Source: a virus
Length of the DNA: 64,000 nt
Strand: one strand, 5' to 3'
IMG/VR virus record: IMGVR_UViG_3300037418_004082
In this document: positions 62,278 to 64,000 of the stretch, piece by piece
How positions within the stretch are numbered: position 1 is the stretch's first letter
Layout of the letters: every line of letters starts with the position of its first letter
Program-made: the position numbers and the translations under genes
The notes under the pieces: model-generated
Told to the model about the DNA's origin: nothing
Database searches by the model: none
Seen by the model: the letters and a program-made list of their open reading frames with translations, nothing else

Positions 62278-62908
62278 ACGTGTCCCTCCATTCGTTCCAC
62301 ACGTTGATGAGCCGCGGCTTACCTGTGCGCTCGCTCAACTTGTGGACGTCTCGCACGCAGTTTCCCGTACCGCCCGCCGAACCGTCGTGTAGCGCAAGTA
62401 CCACCGTAGCGCGACGGTTCATCCACTCGTTGCGCACCTGCATCTTACGCGGTTCGTAGAAACCGTCACTCACGATGACGATGTACTCGGCCTTGACCAA
62501 GGTCTGTGCGTACAACGCACGTGACGCGTCGGGCCACGTGCCGTCCTGCCCGAAGCACGGGACGGCTGCGATCAGCTTGATGCCCAGCAAGAGGGCGGCT
62601 ATCGCGAGCGCGAGGTCCCAGCCCAGGGCCATCCCGGAGACGACCCAGTTGGGCTTGCCGTGCTGCAGGCACCACATGGCCAGCGCCACCAGCCGCTCGA
62701 ACACGTTGTCACCGTAGCCGCCCAGCTTGGGCGGGCGGTGCCCGGTCCCGCTCCAGACCTCGTCACCGAAGAGCACGTAGTGGTCCAGCACGTCGCGCGT
62801 GAAGACCTCGACGTCGGCAGGCAGGATCAGGCGACCCACGAACGGGTCCTCGTCAGGTGCTGCGGCATGTGCCTCGAAGGTGATGCGAAGGTCGGCTGCG
62901 CCAGCCAA
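62261..62908 (-). CDS. SLOG-superfamily (YspA/DUF1273-like) protein
   Basis: SGTGHRP, SGMALGWD, MQVRNEWM, DGSAGGTGNCV. Confidence 0.85.
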   Translation of the reverse strand: MAGAADLRITFEAHAAAPDEDPFVGRLILPADVEVFTRDVLDHYVLFGDEVWSGTGHRPPKLGGYGDNVFERLVALAMWCLQHGKPNWVVSGMALGWDLALAIAALLLGIKLIAAVPCFGQDGTWPDASRALYAQTLVKAEYIVIVSDGFYEPRKMQVRNEWMNRRATVVLALHDGSAGGTGNCVRDVHKLSERTGKPRLINVWNEWRDTYAPRG

Positions 62909-62927
62909 GTAGGCTGGAGTGGAGGGT

Positions 62928-62956
62928 ATTATAGCCTACCAGAACACCTGGACCAA
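62928..62956 (-). promoter_or_regulatory. sigma70-type promoter upstream of the SLOG gene
   Basis: TTGGTC-17 nt-TATAAT on the minus strand. Confidence 0.55.
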
Positions 62957-63391
62957 GTGTTCTATCCCAGCCGGTTGAAAAACTTTTGTTAACACAGGCT
63001 CGACCTCGCTCCTGGTGCGCTTTCCGTTCTCGCAACCAGGCGCCGGCAAGCACACCGGCCAGAGGGTGGTCGGCGCCACGCGCAGCATCGTGCTGACCCA
63101 GTTGGTGAGCTGCCGCGCGCTCGTCTCGATGAGCGCCAGGTCGGCCTCCTGCTGCCAGTGGTGCTTGGTGGGGAACGTGATGAGCCGCAGGTCGGCCCAG
63201 AAGTAGCACTGGTTGCCGCCATTACGCAGCGCCGTGCCCAGGCGTGCGTCGAAGCCCGGGAAGCGCTGCGTGGTCGCCTTGGCGATGCCCGCACCCACGA
63301 TGGCCGTGCCGTCCTTGCGGGTGGCGCCGTTCGTGGTCACGCAGATGACGTGACCACACGCGTGCCAGTCCCAGATGGGATAGTGCTTCAC
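62936..63391 (-). CDS. Macro domain (ADP-ribosylglycohydrolase, DarG-like)
   Basis: VTTNG...VGAGIAK...RFP...LITFPTKHHW...CLPAPGCENG. Confidence 0.85.
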   Translation of the reverse strand: MKHYPIWDWHACGHVICVTTNGATRKDGTAIVGAGIAKATTQRFPGFDARLGTALRNGGNQCYFWADLRLITFPTKHHWQQEADLALIETSARQLTNWVSTMLRVAPTTLWPVCLPAPGCENGKRTRSEVEPVLTKVFQPAGIEHLVQVFW

Positions 63392-63810
63392 GCCGGAGGC
63401 AGCAAGTAGGCGCTGCACACGCGGGCCCACTTCTCCGCGTTGTCGTGCCCGTCCAGCGCGCCCTCGTACAGCGGCAGGTCCGCGAGGAACACGTACGCGT
63501 CGTCGTAGCTCACGGGGAAGCTGACCTGGCCCGTGGGCAGGTCGATGATCAGCAGGTTGTCCTGCTCCGGGGACGCCGTGGCGTCCATGGTCACGCCAGC
63601 CTTGAGCCCCTGGCTCATCGCCACGCGAGCGACCAGGGCGGCGAGCATGGCCACCTGGGTCCGCATGCGATCGCGCTCATACTCCGCCTTCTCCGCGCGG
63701 TCGGTGAGCGTGTTGACGGTGTCGATGGCCTTGATGCGCGTGTCCTGCAACGCAACGAGGACGGGATCCTTGGGGCCCTCGACGGGGAGCAAGGGGTACT
63801 GCTGGGACAT
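63388..63810 (-). CDS. Conserved phage hypothetical protein
   Basis: IDLPTGQVS...YEG-x-x-DGH...EKW; SD AGGAG. Confidence 0.75.
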   Translation of the reverse strand: MSQQYPLLPVEGPKDPVLVALQDTRIKAIDTVNTLTDRAEKAEYERDRMRTQVAMLAALVARVAMSQGLKAGVTMDATASPEQDNLLIIDLPTGQVSFPVSYDDAYVFLADLPLYEGALDGHDNAEKWARVCSAYLLPPA

Positions 63811-63820
63811 GGAGGTTCTC

Positions 63821-64000
63821 CTATTCGTACGTTCTGCGGGTGCCGCCCAACTCGGGCGCGTATTTGTCCGGGGAATTGTCCAGGCTTCCGCCCAGTTGTG
63901 GAGCCAGTTCGGGCGGTTCGATGACCGGCCAAATGTCCACGAGAATGTCCATCAGGGTGACGACGTCCAGAGTGCTCTGCTTGGCCTGGTTCAACTTGCG
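63821..64000 (-). CDS. 3' end of a hypothetical protein entering from the right edge; tail has LAPQLGG and YAPELGG
   Basis: Hand translation RKLNQAKQ...ELAPQLGGSLDNSPDKYAPELGGTRRTYE*. Confidence 0.7.
   Translation of the reverse strand, partial: RKLNQAKQSTLDVVTLMDILVDIWPVIEPPELAPQLGGSLDNSPDKYAPELGGTRRTYE

Noticed and set aside
63860-63980. Five spaced (T/C)GTCC words suggesting iterons or a mini-array
   Set aside because: They are GAC (Asp) codons preceded by G on the minus-strand CDS; spacing is irregular and there are no spacers.
1-64000. Stop-codon reassignment, as seen in some large phages
   Set aside because: Conserved enzymes are intact under code 11, and TAG, TGA and TAA all end genes, with tight stop-start coupling.
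1-64000. Prophage or host chromosome interpretation
   Set aside because: No integrase, att-like site or host housekeeping operon; all recognised cellular-type genes (tmk, thyX, dut, HU, spoVS) sit within phage-style operons.

Overview
64 kb of a GC-rich, intron-free, tightly packed genome that reads as a large tailed phage with a contractile tail (probably a jumbo myovirus). No rRNA, tRNA, CRISPR array, integrase or host housekeeping block was seen. There are four zones. (1) 1-11.95 kb: virion genes in two head-to-head operons (gp5-like spike, gp25-like, baseplate J/gp6-like, IPT/TIG protein, K-x-A-rich proteins, an OB/histone-like/GNAT/Nudix multidomain protein, an HNH nuclease), closed by a terminator. 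(2) 12-41.95 kb: about 80 mostly small + strand early/host-takeover genes with sigma70-type promoters and SD-proximal hairpins, including a Gam-like / DUF6744-like / RavA-MoxR AAA+ / VWA operon, a Nudix and a SpoVS homolog. (3) 41.9-48.8 kb: HU-like protein, conserved structural genes, a baseplate wedge-like protein and two peptidoglycan hydrolases (M15 peptidase, GH73) that share an N-terminal module. (4) 48.8-64 kb, minus strand: DNA and nucleotide metabolism (UvrD, DnaQ, RuvC-like, Cas4/RecB-like nuclease, Tmk, ThyX, dUTPase, MT-A70), a free ClpX zinc finger, a peptidase-less LexA and a DUF4326-SLOG-macrodomain cluster. The most unusual signals are a K-x-A motif that saturates some virion-region proteins and falls at the domain borders of the histone-like/GNAT/Nudix protein, an (L/Y)AP-x-(L/I)G tag at the termini of unrelated proteins, and a candidate GATAATT late promoter embedded in coding sequence. 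All family calls are by eye from motifs; no database search was run.
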